Shown here one piece after another: positions 9,955 to 18,762 of a stretch of DNA of 64,000 nucleotides. The stretch comes from an uncultured delta proteobacterium. Lineage in GTDB: Bacteria; Myxococcota_A; Polyangia; Polyangiales; Polyangiaceae. Under the pieces are notes generated by a model. It saw nothing but the letters and a program-made list of their open reading frames with translations. It searched no databases and was not told where the DNA came from. The stretch lies in assembly GCA_963850305.1 (NCBI GenBank), contig CAWKKR010000011.1:1-64000 (forward strand), in the 5' to 3' direction. How positions within the stretch are numbered: position 1 is the first letter of the stretch; each line of letters begins with the position of its first letter. The translations under genes and the position numbers were made by a program.

Positions 9955-10989
9955 GTGATGGCGATGACCAAGATCGGATTTGTGGGCCTGGGCTCCATGG
10001 GTGCGCCGCTGGCCGGGCGCCTGCTGCCGGGCAACGAGGTACAGGGCACCAACCGCACCAGGGCCAAGGCCACCGCGCTGATCGAACAGGGACTGATCTG
10101 GCGGGACACGCCGCGCGAGGCCGCCGCCGGCGCGGAGGTGGTGTTCAGCATGGTCACCGACGATGCCGCGCTGGCGGCGATCACCTCCGGCCCGGACGGG
10201 ATCCTGGCCGGCCTGTGGCCGGGGGCCGTCTACGTCGACATGAGCACCGTGAGCCCGCAGGCCAGCCGCGAGCTGGCCAGGCGGGTGCACTGGGCCGGCG
10301 CCACCATGATCGATGCCCCCGTCTCCGGCAGCGTCCCCGCGGCCGAGAGCGGCACGCTCACGATCATGGCCGGCGGCCCCGAAGACGCGTTCGGCAAGGT
10401 CGCGCCGCTGCTGCACCGACTGGGCGGCAACGTCACCCATGTGGGCGGGAACGGCCAGGGCCTGCTGCTCAAGCTGGCGATCAACATCAGCCTCGCCGCG
10501 CAGATGCTGGCCTTCAGCGAAGGGCTGCTGCTCGCCGAGCGCGGCGGGATCGACCCCGCGCTCGCCGCCCGCGCGATGACCGAATCCGCGATCGGGTCAC
10601 CGCTGCTGCAGGCACGGGTCCCGCTCGTCCTCGACCTGCCGGAGCGGGCATGGTTCGATGTGCAACTGATGCACAAAGACATCCGCCTCGCGCTGGCGGC
10701 GGCCGGCGAGTCCAGGGTCCCGCTCCCCGCGGCCTCGGCCGCCGACCGCACCCTCAGCCGGGCCGAGGAGTTGGGCTACGGGCACCGCGACATCGCCGGG
10801 CTCTTCCAGGTGCTGAGCCGGATGGAGGCACCGGCGGCCACGCACGGCCCGGGCAAGCCGGCGGCAGACCGGCCGGGCGGCCCGGCAAACGCGGCGGCAG
10901 ACGGCCCGGGCAAGCCGGCAAGCGCGGCGGCAGACGGGCCGGGCAATGCGGCGACGGGTGCACCCGTCGCCGCACCGGAAGCAGCGTGA
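9955..10989 (+). CDS. NAD(P)-dependent beta-hydroxyacid dehydrogenase (3-hydroxyisobutyrate dehydrogenase family)
   Basis: IGFVGLGSMG, DMSTVSP, DAPVSGS, KLAIN, HKD motifs, with a repetitive AAADGPG tail. Confidence 0.9.
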   Translation: MMAMTKIGFVGLGSMGAPLAGRLLPGNEVQGTNRTRAKATALIEQGLIWRDTPREAAAGAEVVFSMVTDDAALAAITSGPDGILAGLWPGAVYVDMSTVSPQASRELARRVHWAGATMIDAPVSGSVPAAESGTLTIMAGGPEDAFGKVAPLLHRLGGNVTHVGGNGQGLLLKLAINISLAAQMLAFSEGLLLAERGGIDPALAARAMTESAIGSPLLQARVPLVLDLPERAWFDVQLMHKDIRLALAAAGESRVPLPAASAADRTLSRAEELGYGHRDIAGLFQVLSRMEAPAATHGPGKPAADRPGGPANAAADGPGKPASAAADGPGNAATGAPVAAPEAA

Positions 10990-12347
10990 CCGGCGACATG
11001 TCCACGCAAGCCCCGCAGCGCGGGCGGCGCGGCGGCCGGGACAGCGCCGAGGCCGCGGCGCGCGGCAGGAACGAGACCGGGGCCGCCGTCCCGCGCGGCA
11101 GGCCGCGCAGCGAGAAGGCGCGCAAGGCCATTCTCGGCGCGGCCGCGGAACTGCTGCTGGCCCGTGGCCTGTCCGCGGTCAGCATGGACGCGGTCGCGGA
11201 GCGGGCCGGGGTCAGCAAGGCCACCATCTACCGCTGGTGGCCCACCAAGGAAACGCTGGCCCTCGATGCCCTCTACACCGAGTGGGCCACCGTCCAGCCG
11301 GATCCACGGGATACCGGCTCGCTGCGTGGTGACCTCCTCGCGCTGCTGCGCCCCTGGGTCAGGCTGGTCCAGAGCCGCCCCTACGCCCGGGTCATCACCG
11401 CGCTGCTCACCGAGGTGCACACCGACCCGGCATTCGCCGCCGAGTACCACCAGCGCCTGGTCGAGCCACGCCGGGACCAGGCCCGGGCCGTCTTCCGCCG
11501 CGCCGTCGAACGCGGCGAAATCCCCGCCAGCACCAACATCGAGGTAGCAGTTGACCTGGTCTACGGACCGCTCTGGCACCGGCTGCTGCACGGGCATGCG
11601 CCGCTGAACGACCGGTTCACCCAAGCCGTCGTCGACATGGCGCTGAACGGTATCCAGCAGGCCTCAGATCCTGCGCCGGCACAGGCCGGCCAACCCGGCC
11701 GGCCGCGAACGGCCACTGAAAGCCCGCCCGGCGGCTTCCCGCCGTATGGCACCCCACAGCGAAGCACGAAAATGAATATTACGAAATCGTATGAACGTGA
11801 CGCTGGCCAGCCGATGCACTCGCCGGGGCCGGGCCGCGATGCCCCGGCCCTACGAGCCATCCGTGCGCTAGGCACGGCGCTGCGTGGCCAGACCGGATTC
11901 CCGCGGGCGGATGTGGAGAACGACTTCATGCGGGCCCGGCGGCGCCAGGTGGCCGCGCGACTGCTCGCGGTGCTGCGGCACCGCCCGGCCAGCGAAGGCC
12001 GGCTGGTGCCGCTGGAGGAAGTGGCCGGCCCGATCGGCCGGCGTGCCGAGCGGCGACTCGGCCTGCAAACCATCGAACTGGCCACGATCGCCGGCACGCT
12101 CGACCCACGGCGCGACTTCGACCGCCGGTTCCGGCCCACGTCCAACTGGGTACGGCCCCGCTGGGAACGGCTCGCGCTGGCTCAGCGGCGCGGCGAACAG
12201 ATCCCGCCGATCCGGGTGTACCGGGCCTGCGGCCTGCACTTCGTCGAGGACGGGCATCACCGGGTATCGATCGCCATGGCGGCGCGGCAGGAGACGATCG
12301 ACGCCTACGTCACCGAGATAGTCACCGGCCTACCCTGCACGGCCTAA
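10986..12347 (+). CDS. TetR-family regulator, in frame with a C-terminal ParB/Srx-like domain (possible second gene from ATG 11772)
   Basis: GRPRSE...SMDAVAERAGVSKATIYRWWPTK HTH and DTGSLRGDL. No stop occurs before DFDRRFRP...PPIRVY...HFVEDGHHRVS...IDAYVTE. Confidence 0.75.
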   Translation: MTGDMSTQAPQRGRRGGRDSAEAAARGRNETGAAVPRGRPRSEKARKAILGAAAELLLARGLSAVSMDAVAERAGVSKATIYRWWPTKETLALDALYTEWATVQPDPRDTGSLRGDLLALLRPWVRLVQSRPYARVITALLTEVHTDPAFAAEYHQRLVEPRRDQARAVFRRAVERGEIPASTNIEVAVDLVYGPLWHRLLHGHAPLNDRFTQAVVDMALNGIQQASDPAPAQAGQPGRPRTATESPPGGFPPYGTPQRSTKMNITKSYERDAGQPMHSPGPGRDAPALRAIRALGTALRGQTGFPRADVENDFMRARRRQVAARLLAVLRHRPASEGRLVPLEEVAGPIGRRAERRLGLQTIELATIAGTLDPRRDFDRRFRPTSNWVRPRWERLALAQRRGEQIPPIRVYRACGLHFVEDGHHRVSIAMAARQETIDAYVTEIVTGLPCTA

Positions 12348-12526
12348 CGGCCGTTCATCAATGTGCGCAGGATGTCCAGTTTGCTCCGCAGCACCGCAAG
12401 ATCTTGGGTGAATTCCTCACGCCAGCCGGCATCAACGCCCGGGGTGTGATGCAGCGCCGTGGTCGCATCGTCCAGAGCGTCCTCACAGCGGCCGAGGTAG
12501 TACCTGACACGCCGCATCGGCTGCAT
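12344..12526 (-). CDS. Small hypothetical helical protein
   Basis: MQPMRRVRYYLGRCEDALDDA... Start placed at ATG 12526 because the longer ORF spans an apparent promoter/operator. Confidence 0.4.
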   Translation of the reverse strand: MQPMRRVRYYLGRCEDALDDATTALHHTPGVDAGWREEFTQDLAVLRSKLDILRTLMNGR

Positions 12527-12562
12527 AGGAGCCGGATCGTAAACCGTCACACAGAGAGCATC

Positions 12563-12578
12563 CCATAGGGTCCTATGG
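12563..12578. promoter_or_regulatory. Inverted repeat with perfect 7-bp arms, candidate GntR operator
   Basis: CCATAGG-GT-CCTATGG between divergent small genes. Confidence 0.5.
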
Positions 12579-12636
12579 AATCTCAAGGGATCATCCAAAA
12601 GGGCAGGTGAGCCCACGGTGTCCCTAAAGTGATCAT

Positions 12637-12861
12637 GTGACGATCGACCCGGACAAGCCGACTCCGCTCTATCAGCAGTTGGCTGCCATACTGCGCGGCC
12701 AGATTGAGCGCGGAGAGCTGACCGGTCGTGTCCCGTCCATCAAGACGCTGGCGCAGACCCACGGCGTAGCCATGGGGACAGCCGAGCGGGCACTTACGCT
12801 CTTGCGCGACGAAGGCCTGATCATCATGGTCATCGGCCGTGGAGCGTTCGTGAACAGGTAG
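12637..12861 (+). CDS. Minimal GntR-family winged-helix regulator (HTH only)
   Basis: PLYQQLAAILRGQI...VPSIKTLA..HGVAMGTAERAL..LRDEGLI....GRGAFV. Confidence 0.85.
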   Translation: MTIDPDKPTPLYQQLAAILRGQIERGELTGRVPSIKTLAQTHGVAMGTAERALTLLRDEGLIIMVIGRGAFVNR

Positions 12862-12879
12862 CGCGACGCACCTGCGTGA

Positions 12880-14136
12880 TCAGGGACTGGTGGCGCCGTC
12901 GGCCGGGGTGATCACGTACTGGCGCAGGCACAGGTCCTCGAACGTGACCGGGCCGCGCGGGCCGGGCACGTGGTCCACGTTGATCCCGGTCTCGGGGACG
13001 CCACGCAGCCGGAACCCATCCAGCAGGCGCGTGCTGGCGTTCCAGAAGGCACCGGTCCCGGCGTAGGCGCCCAGGAACGCGCGCGCGGCGCCCGGGTCCG
13101 CGGTCACCACGCTCGCCGCAAGCCCGGAGGTCTCGGTGTTGGCGATCGCGGCGGCCTGGGCCGGGCCGTCCACCGGGGCCACGGTCACGGTGGCCTCGCG
13201 CCCGGCGTCCAGTGCCCACTCATGGCCGAGTGGGTGATCGTGCGGGGGCATGGACGCCGCCACCCCGCGGCCGCGCAGCGCATCCTCCGCCACACCAAGC
13301 ATCGGCTCCCATACCTCGGCATGCACCAGCAGCAGGTTCAGCCGGTTGCACACCCCCAGCCGGTCCAGGCTCGCGCTGATCAGTTCGGCGGCCAGCGCCG
13401 GGTCCGCGGCGCGGTCCAGGTAAAGCACGCCGCCACCGTCGGCGTGGGCGAGCGTGCGGACCCCATGCCTGGCGGCCTCGGCGGCGAGAGCGCGGGTGGT
13501 GTCCCCGCTCCCCCGCAGGATCACCAGCGGGATGAGGCCGGGCCGGGCGACCAGTTCCATGGCCGCCCGGCGGTCGCCGGACCTGACCAGCTGCAGGGCA
13601 CCGGGGTCCAGCCCGGCATGCTCCAGGGCCGGCGAGATGACGTGGTCGAACAGCGCGGTGGCCGAGCGCAGCGCCGCTGCCCCGGTGCGCAGTACGCCCG
13701 CGTTGCGGGACTTCAGCAACTGCGAGGCAACGTCCACCGTGACATTCGGCCGGGCCTCGTAATTGGCACCGATCACACCGACCGGGACGCGTCGTTCGGC
13801 AAGAAAAAGGCCGTCAGGCAGATCCCGCAGCCGCTGGTGCGCCGGCGGGAAGGGGACGGCAGCGAGCAAGGCAATCTGCCGCGCCATCTCCGCGATCCGC
13901 GCGTCGCCGAGGGTGAGCCGGTCCAGCAGCCCGCGGCCGAGACCGGCTGACTCGCCCGCCGTGACATCGGCGGCGTTGGCGTCCAGGACCACGGACGCCG
14001 CCTCGCCGAGCAGCCTGGCCATGCCGTGCAGCGCCGCGTTGACGGCTTCGCCGGGGGCGGCGGCCAGGTGCGGGGCGGCGGCCTTGGCCGCGTGACCGCA
14101 GGCGGTCACGGCCGTCGCGGCGTCGGGCCCGGTCAT
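12880..14136 (-). CDS. Gamma-glutamyl phosphate reductase-like (divergent ProA family) aldehyde dehydrogenase
   Basis: LLDRLTL, VPVGVIGANYEARPNVTVD, GVCN, NASTRLLDG, RGPV. Confidence 0.8.
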   Translation of the reverse strand: MTGPDAATAVTACGHAAKAAAPHLAAAPGEAVNAALHGMARLLGEAASVVLDANAADVTAGESAGLGRGLLDRLTLGDARIAEMARQIALLAAVPFPPAHQRLRDLPDGLFLAERRVPVGVIGANYEARPNVTVDVASQLLKSRNAGVLRTGAAALRSATALFDHVISPALEHAGLDPGALQLVRSGDRRAAMELVARPGLIPLVILRGSGDTTRALAAEAARHGVRTLAHADGGGVLYLDRAADPALAAELISASLDRLGVCNRLNLLLVHAEVWEPMLGVAEDALRGRGVAASMPPHDHPLGHEWALDAGREATVTVAPVDGPAQAAAIANTETSGLAASVVTADPGAARAFLGAYAGTGAFWNASTRLLDGFRLRGVPETGINVDHVPGPRGPVTFEDLCLRQYVITPADGATSP

Positions 14137-14141
14137 CGCGG

Positions 14142-14999
14142 TCAGAACAGCACGGACGCGAACGTCGCGGTCTGGGTGAAGCCGACCCGCCGGTAGGCGG
14201 CGCGGGCCGGGCGGTTGTAGTCGTTGACGTACAGGGAGACCACGGGCGCCACCCGGCGCAGCGCGTCGGTGACCAGAGCGGCCATGCCTGCCTCGGCCAG
14301 GCCGCGGCCACGCAGTTCCGGCCGCACCCAGACGCCCTGCACCTGGCAGGCGAGCGGGGTGACAGACCCGATCTCGGCTTTGAACACCACCCGGCCGTCC
14401 TCGATCCGCGCGTACGCGCGGCCCGCGTCGATCAGTTCGCGCACCCGGGCCCGGTAGGCACCCCCGCCGTCGGGGCCGATCGGCGAGACACCTACCTCCT
14501 CGGTGAACATGGCCACCGAGGCCGGCAGCAGGATGTCGAGTTCCTCCCGGCGCACGCGGCGGACCAGTGGGTCCGGCGCCACCTGCGGCGGGCCGGAGAT
14601 CTCCATCACCGGCTGGCTGCCCCGGATCTCGCGGGGTGCGCCCCAGTATGGCCGCAGGACGTCCCACAGGCCCATCACGGCGGGCGAAAGCCCCACGATC
14701 GAGGAGCAGCGGCGGCCCATCAGCCGGGCGCGGTGGGCGAAGGCCGCGACCGCGTCCGGGGTGGCCGCAACCGGCACCAGGTTGGCGCCTGCGTAGCACA
14801 AGGAGGTGAGCTGGCCGCCCGGCTCGTAGCCCCAGACCTGGCCGCCCAGCCGGGCCAGTTCGAGCCCGGCCTCGCGCACGCGGGAGCTGACGAACACGTT
14901 GACCGCGGGGTCACGGTCGCACAATGCGAGAACCTCGCTGAGGTCGCGATCGTCGAGCAGGCGCAGTGCCGAAGATCGCCCTGCCTTGGTGCGCAGCAC
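14142..14999 (-). CDS. GNAT acetyltransferase (DUF4081-containing)
   Basis: LCYAGANLVP, RRCSSIVG, MFTEEVGVSP, VQGVWV..ELRGRG, LYVNDYN..A...YRRVGF. Confidence 0.88.
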   Translation of the reverse strand: MLRTKAGRSSALRLLDDRDLSEVLALCDRDPAVNVFVSSRVREAGLELARLGGQVWGYEPGGQLTSLCYAGANLVPVAATPDAVAAFAHRARLMGRRCSSIVGLSPAVMGLWDVLRPYWGAPREIRGSQPVMEISGPPQVAPDPLVRRVRREELDILLPASVAMFTEEVGVSPIGPDGGGAYRARVRELIDAGRAYARIEDGRVVFKAEIGSVTPLACQVQGVWVRPELRGRGLAEAGMAALVTDALRRVAPVVSLYVNDYNRPARAAYRRVGFTQTATFASVLF

Positions 15000-15026
15000 T
15001 CATCCAGCGTATCGGCCAGCCGGCCG

Positions 15027-15115
15027 GGCGTGGCACGAAGGACACTGGTTGCGCGCACCACGGCCGGGCTGAGGCGTGGCACGAAGGACACTCGTTGCGC
15101 GCACCAGGGCCGAGC
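15027..15115. repeat. Intergenic direct repeat, 2 copies of ~43 bp, period 46
   Basis: ggcgtggcacgaaggacact[g/c]gttgcgcgcacca[c/g]ggccg[g/a]gc at 15027 and 15073. Confidence 0.85.
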
Positions 15116-15125
15116 CCGGCCCGGT

Positions 15126-16718
15126 TCAGCCGTTCGGCGCCGGGTCCGGCAGGGCCGGGCAGGTGGCGTTGACGAGCCCGGGGTGGTGCGGCAGGGCGCC
15201 GGTGGCGAGGTAGTTGTTGACGTAGTTGTTGACGCACAGGTTGGGCGGCTGCTGCAGGGACTGCCCGTGGTTCCCGCCGCCCTCGACCACCACCATCCGC
15301 GCGCTCGGCAGCACCTTGTGCGCGACCTGGGCACCCTGGTACGGGGTGGCGGCGTCGAGCGAGCCCTGGATCATCAGGATGGGCGGCAGCCCCGCGCCCT
15401 TGATGGTCAGCGGCTTGGCCGGGCCGTGCACCGGCCAGAAGGCGCAGGCGGCGTTGAACCACGCGTTGTCCCAGGCCTCGAACGGCGCGGTCCGGTAGAC
15501 CCGCCGGGTGTCGGCGTTCCACTTGGCCCAGTTGCGCGGCCAGTTGACGTCGCTGCACTCGACCGCGTTGTAGACGGCGAACTCGTTCTCGTTCTGCCCG
15601 CCGAGCGCCTTGTACTCGCCGAGCAGGCCTCTGGTTGACCCGGTGTGCAGGTAGGCGGCGAGGGCGGCAGCCAGCCCCGGCCAGAGCGTATTGCTGTACC
15701 CGCCCTGAAGCATGGTGTCGTCGAACTCGTCGGGCCCGATCATCGGGCCGCCGGGCCCGTCGATCGGGTGCACGGCCAGTGCGGCACGGGCCCGGTACCA
15801 GGCCTGCTGCACCTGGGCGCGGGTGGTCCCGAGACCGTAGGTGCCGGCGTGTGCGGCGATCCAGGCGAAGAAGGCCTGGATCCGGGACTCGAACGCGTAG
15901 TCCTGGGAGATGTTGTCGGCGTACCAGGCGCCCCGCGGGTCGACGGTGCTGTCCAGCACCATCCGCCGTACCCGGCTGCCGAACATCGTGGCGTAGACCT
16001 GGCCCAGGTAGGTGCCGTAGGAATAACCCAGGTAGCTGATCTGCTGCTGGCCGAGCGCCGCCCGGATGGAGTCCATGTCCCTGGCGGCGTCCTCGGTGGT
16101 CATGTGCGGCAGCAGCCAGCCGAACCGGTGCTCGCAGTCGGCGGCGTAGGCCTTGGCCCGGCCGATGAGCACCTGCTCGGCGGCTTGGCTCGCCGGGATG
16201 TAGTTGGGCCGCGCGCCTGCGAAGAACGACGGGTCGCAGTGCAGCGCGGGCACGCTGGCGCCCACGCCGCGTGGGTCGAACCCGATGATGTTGTACTCGG
16301 AGGCCACCTTCTGGTCGAGGCTGAAGGCGACCTGCGCGGCGAGGTACCGCCCGGGACCACCCGGGCCACCGGGGTTGACCAGCAGGTCGCCCTGGCGCTC
16401 GGCCTGCGGTGCGGTCGCCGGGACCATGGACAGCGCCAGGGTGATCTTCCGGCCCGACGGTCGGGCGTAGTCCAGCGGCACGGCCAGGCTGGCGCACTGC
16501 ATCGAGGCGCCGGAGACCGTGCACGGCTGCCAGTTCAGCCGCTGCGGCGCCGATGCCCTGGCCGCCGCGCTCCCGGCGGCCTTGGCAGCGTCAGGCGCAA
16601 CGGACGAGGCCGATGTGCAGCCGGCCAGCAGCGCGACGGCACAGGACAGGGCGGTCAGCGTGGCGCGCCCGTGCGGGAGCGCCCGCGCGAGCCCGCGGGT
16701 GAGCGGCATGACTGTCAT
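15126..16718 (-). CDS. Secreted alpha/beta hydrolase lipoprotein (tripeptidyl aminopeptidase TAP-like)
   Basis: LLAGC lipobox, NPGGPG, FDPRGVG, GYSYGT nucleophile, LDSTVDP, D..TPY, NHG. Confidence 0.88.
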   Translation of the reverse strand: MTVMPLTRGLARALPHGRATLTALSCAVALLAGCTSASSVAPDAAKAAGSAAARASAPQRLNWQPCTVSGASMQCASLAVPLDYARPSGRKITLALSMVPATAPQAERQGDLLVNPGGPGGPGRYLAAQVAFSLDQKVASEYNIIGFDPRGVGASVPALHCDPSFFAGARPNYIPASQAAEQVLIGRAKAYAADCEHRFGWLLPHMTTEDAARDMDSIRAALGQQQISYLGYSYGTYLGQVYATMFGSRVRRMVLDSTVDPRGAWYADNISQDYAFESRIQAFFAWIAAHAGTYGLGTTRAQVQQAWYRARAALAVHPIDGPGGPMIGPDEFDDTMLQGGYSNTLWPGLAAALAAYLHTGSTRGLLGEYKALGGQNENEFAVYNAVECSDVNWPRNWAKWNADTRRVYRTAPFEAWDNAWFNAACAFWPVHGPAKPLTIKGAGLPPILMIQGSLDAATPYQGAQVAHKVLPSARMVVVEGGGNHGQSLQQPPNLCVNNYVNNYLATGALPHHPGLVNATCPALPDPAPNG

Positions 16719-16748
16719 CTTGCCGCACGCCGCGGGGTGGAACGCACC

Positions 16749-17570
16749 TCAGGCGGTCTTGCGGCCTTCCGCCCTGTGGCGTTCCGCCAGGGCGCGCCGG
16801 TATTCCTCGATGACGATGTCGTTGAGCTCGGTGACCGAGGTGTCCTTGCTGGGCTTGTCGAAGGTGATCTCGCCGTGTTGCAGCAGGTTGATCCGGTCGG
16901 AGATCTCCAGCACCTGGCCGTAGTTGTGCGCGATGATGATCACCGAGACGTCGCCGCGCTGCTTCAGGTCGCGCACCAGATCCAGGATCATGGCCGCTTC
17001 CTTGGCGCCCATGGCGGCCAGCGGCTCGTCCAGCAGCAGGATCTTGGCGTCGGTGAACACTGCGCGGGCGACCGCGATCGCCTGGCGCTGCCCACCGGAG
17101 AGCTTGGCGACGTCCACGTCCACCGACGGGATGTTGACACCAAGCTCGTCCAGGTGCTCGCGGGCGATCCGGCGCATCTTCTTGTTGGCGAGGAACGGCC
17201 AGCGGATGATTTCCCGCTTGAGGAACATGTTGTGGTAGACGCTGAGCTGGTTGACCAGCGCGAGGTCCTGGTACACCACGTCGATGCCCAGCTGGCGAGC
17301 GTGGTCCACCGAGCTGATGGTCACCTCTTGCCCGTCGATCAGGATCCGGCCGCCGTCCGGCTGCTGGAAGCCACAGAGGATCTTCATCAGCGTGGACTTG
17401 CCCGCGCCGTTGTCGCCGAGCAGGGCCAGCACCTCGCCGCGGGCCAGGTGCAGGTTGATGTCCTGCAGCGCGGTCACCGCGCCGAACCGCTTCTTGATGT
17501 GCTCGACCCGCAGCACGTCCTCGCCCGGGGCGGCCACGGCCTCCTGGCCGTCCGGCGTCACGGCGGTCAT
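16749..17570 (-). CDS. Sugar ABC transporter ATP-binding protein
   Basis: GDNGAGKST, LSGGQRQ, LLLDEP. Confidence 0.93.
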   Translation of the reverse strand: MTAVTPDGQEAVAAPGEDVLRVEHIKKRFGAVTALQDINLHLARGEVLALLGDNGAGKSTLMKILCGFQQPDGGRILIDGQEVTISSVDHARQLGIDVVYQDLALVNQLSVYHNMFLKREIIRWPFLANKKMRRIAREHLDELGVNIPSVDVDVAKLSGGQRQAIAVARAVFTDAKILLLDEPLAAMGAKEAAMILDLVRDLKQRGDVSVIIIAHNYGQVLEISDRINLLQHGEITFDKPSKDTSVTELNDIVIEEYRRALAERHRAEGRKTA

Positions 17571-18652
17571 AGCGCTCTCCCTCGTTCACGCAATTTGGCG
17601 AACTGGACGTTGGCGATCATGGCGAGCAGGATCGCGAGGCCGAAGATCAGCGGCAACGGGTTCGCGCTGACCCCGATGACGTTGAAGCCGTCCGTGAGCA
17701 CGGCCAGCATCACCGAGCCGAGCAAGGCGCCGATGACGGTGCCGGAACCGCCGAGCATCGCGGTGCCGCCGATGACCGCCGCCGCGACCGAGTAGAACAT
17801 CGGCGTGTAGCCGCCGGAGCTGGGGTCGATGACGCTGGTCTGGAACGCCACCTGGAGGCCCACGAACGCACCGAGCGTCGCGGTGATCATGAAGTTGCCG
17901 TACTTGATCCGGGCCGCGTTGACACCTGCCTCCTGTGCCCCTAGCTGGTTGCCGCCCACCGCGATGGTATGCAGCCCCCACCGGGTCCGGCGCAGCACCA
18001 GGTGGAAGATGATCACGAAGAAGACGGCCCAGCCGATCTCGGCCCAGGCGTAGGTGCCGATCCAGTGACCGATGCTCTCCACCGCGGTGGGGATGGCCGC
18101 CTGCTCCGCGTGCGAGGTGACGAGCATGATGCCCTGCAGCATGAAGCCGGTGCCCAGCGTGGCGACGAACGACGGCAGGCCCAATGTGACGGTGAGGAAC
18201 CCGTTCACCCAGCCGACCACCAGGCCCATGACCAGGGACAGGATGATCGCCAGGATGCCGGGAACGTGGTAGAAGTCGATCAGGTAATGCATCAGGAACG
18301 GCGCGAGCGTGTAGGTGAAGCCCACCGACAGGTCGATCTCCCCGCAGATGAGCAGGAACACCTCGCCGATGGCGATGATGATGATCGGCCCGGCGATCTG
18401 GGACACGTTGATCAGGTCGAGCTTGGTGAAGAAGGTCGCCCGGCCCACCGACGAGATGAACCCGAAGTAGATGATCAGCAGCACCACGACGATGAAGACC
18501 GTCGCCTCGCGCTGCTGCACGGTCCGCACGGCGGTCCTGCGCAGGAACCCCTGGGAGAAACCCCTGCTCGTCGGCCCGCCCGGACCGCCTACCGAAGCGC
18601 TGGTGCGCTCAGCGGTATCGCTCACCTCGACCTCATCCTCCCGTGCGCCCAT
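17567..18652 (-). CDS. Sugar ABC transporter permease (RbsC-like)
   Basis: GEIDLSVG, PSFVATLG, AVGGN..GA..AG, AAAVIGGT...GGSG. Confidence 0.93.
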   Translation of the reverse strand: MGAREDEVEVSDTAERTSASVGGPGGPTSRGFSQGFLRRTAVRTVQQREATVFIVVVLLIIYFGFISSVGRATFFTKLDLINVSQIAGPIIIIAIGEVFLLICGEIDLSVGFTYTLAPFLMHYLIDFYHVPGILAIILSLVMGLVVGWVNGFLTVTLGLPSFVATLGTGFMLQGIMLVTSHAEQAAIPTAVESIGHWIGTYAWAEIGWAVFFVIIFHLVLRRTRWGLHTIAVGGNQLGAQEAGVNAARIKYGNFMITATLGAFVGLQVAFQTSVIDPSSGGYTPMFYSVAAAVIGGTAMLGGSGTVIGALLGSVMLAVLTDGFNVIGVSANPLPLIFGLAILLAMIANVQFAKLRERGRAL

Positions 18653-18762
18653 GCGCCCACCACGAAACTTGCGGGCGCGCCGGCGGCCGTACTGGCCTCG
18701 ATCGCACGACCAGTATCCGCCCGCCGGCGCGCCTGCCCAAGACCCGTTTGTTCCCGCAGCCG

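Noticed and set aside
11767..11790. Third copy of the TetR operator near the internal ATG
   Set aside because: Only the left half (GAAAATGA) resembles the consensus and the GTTT arm is missing
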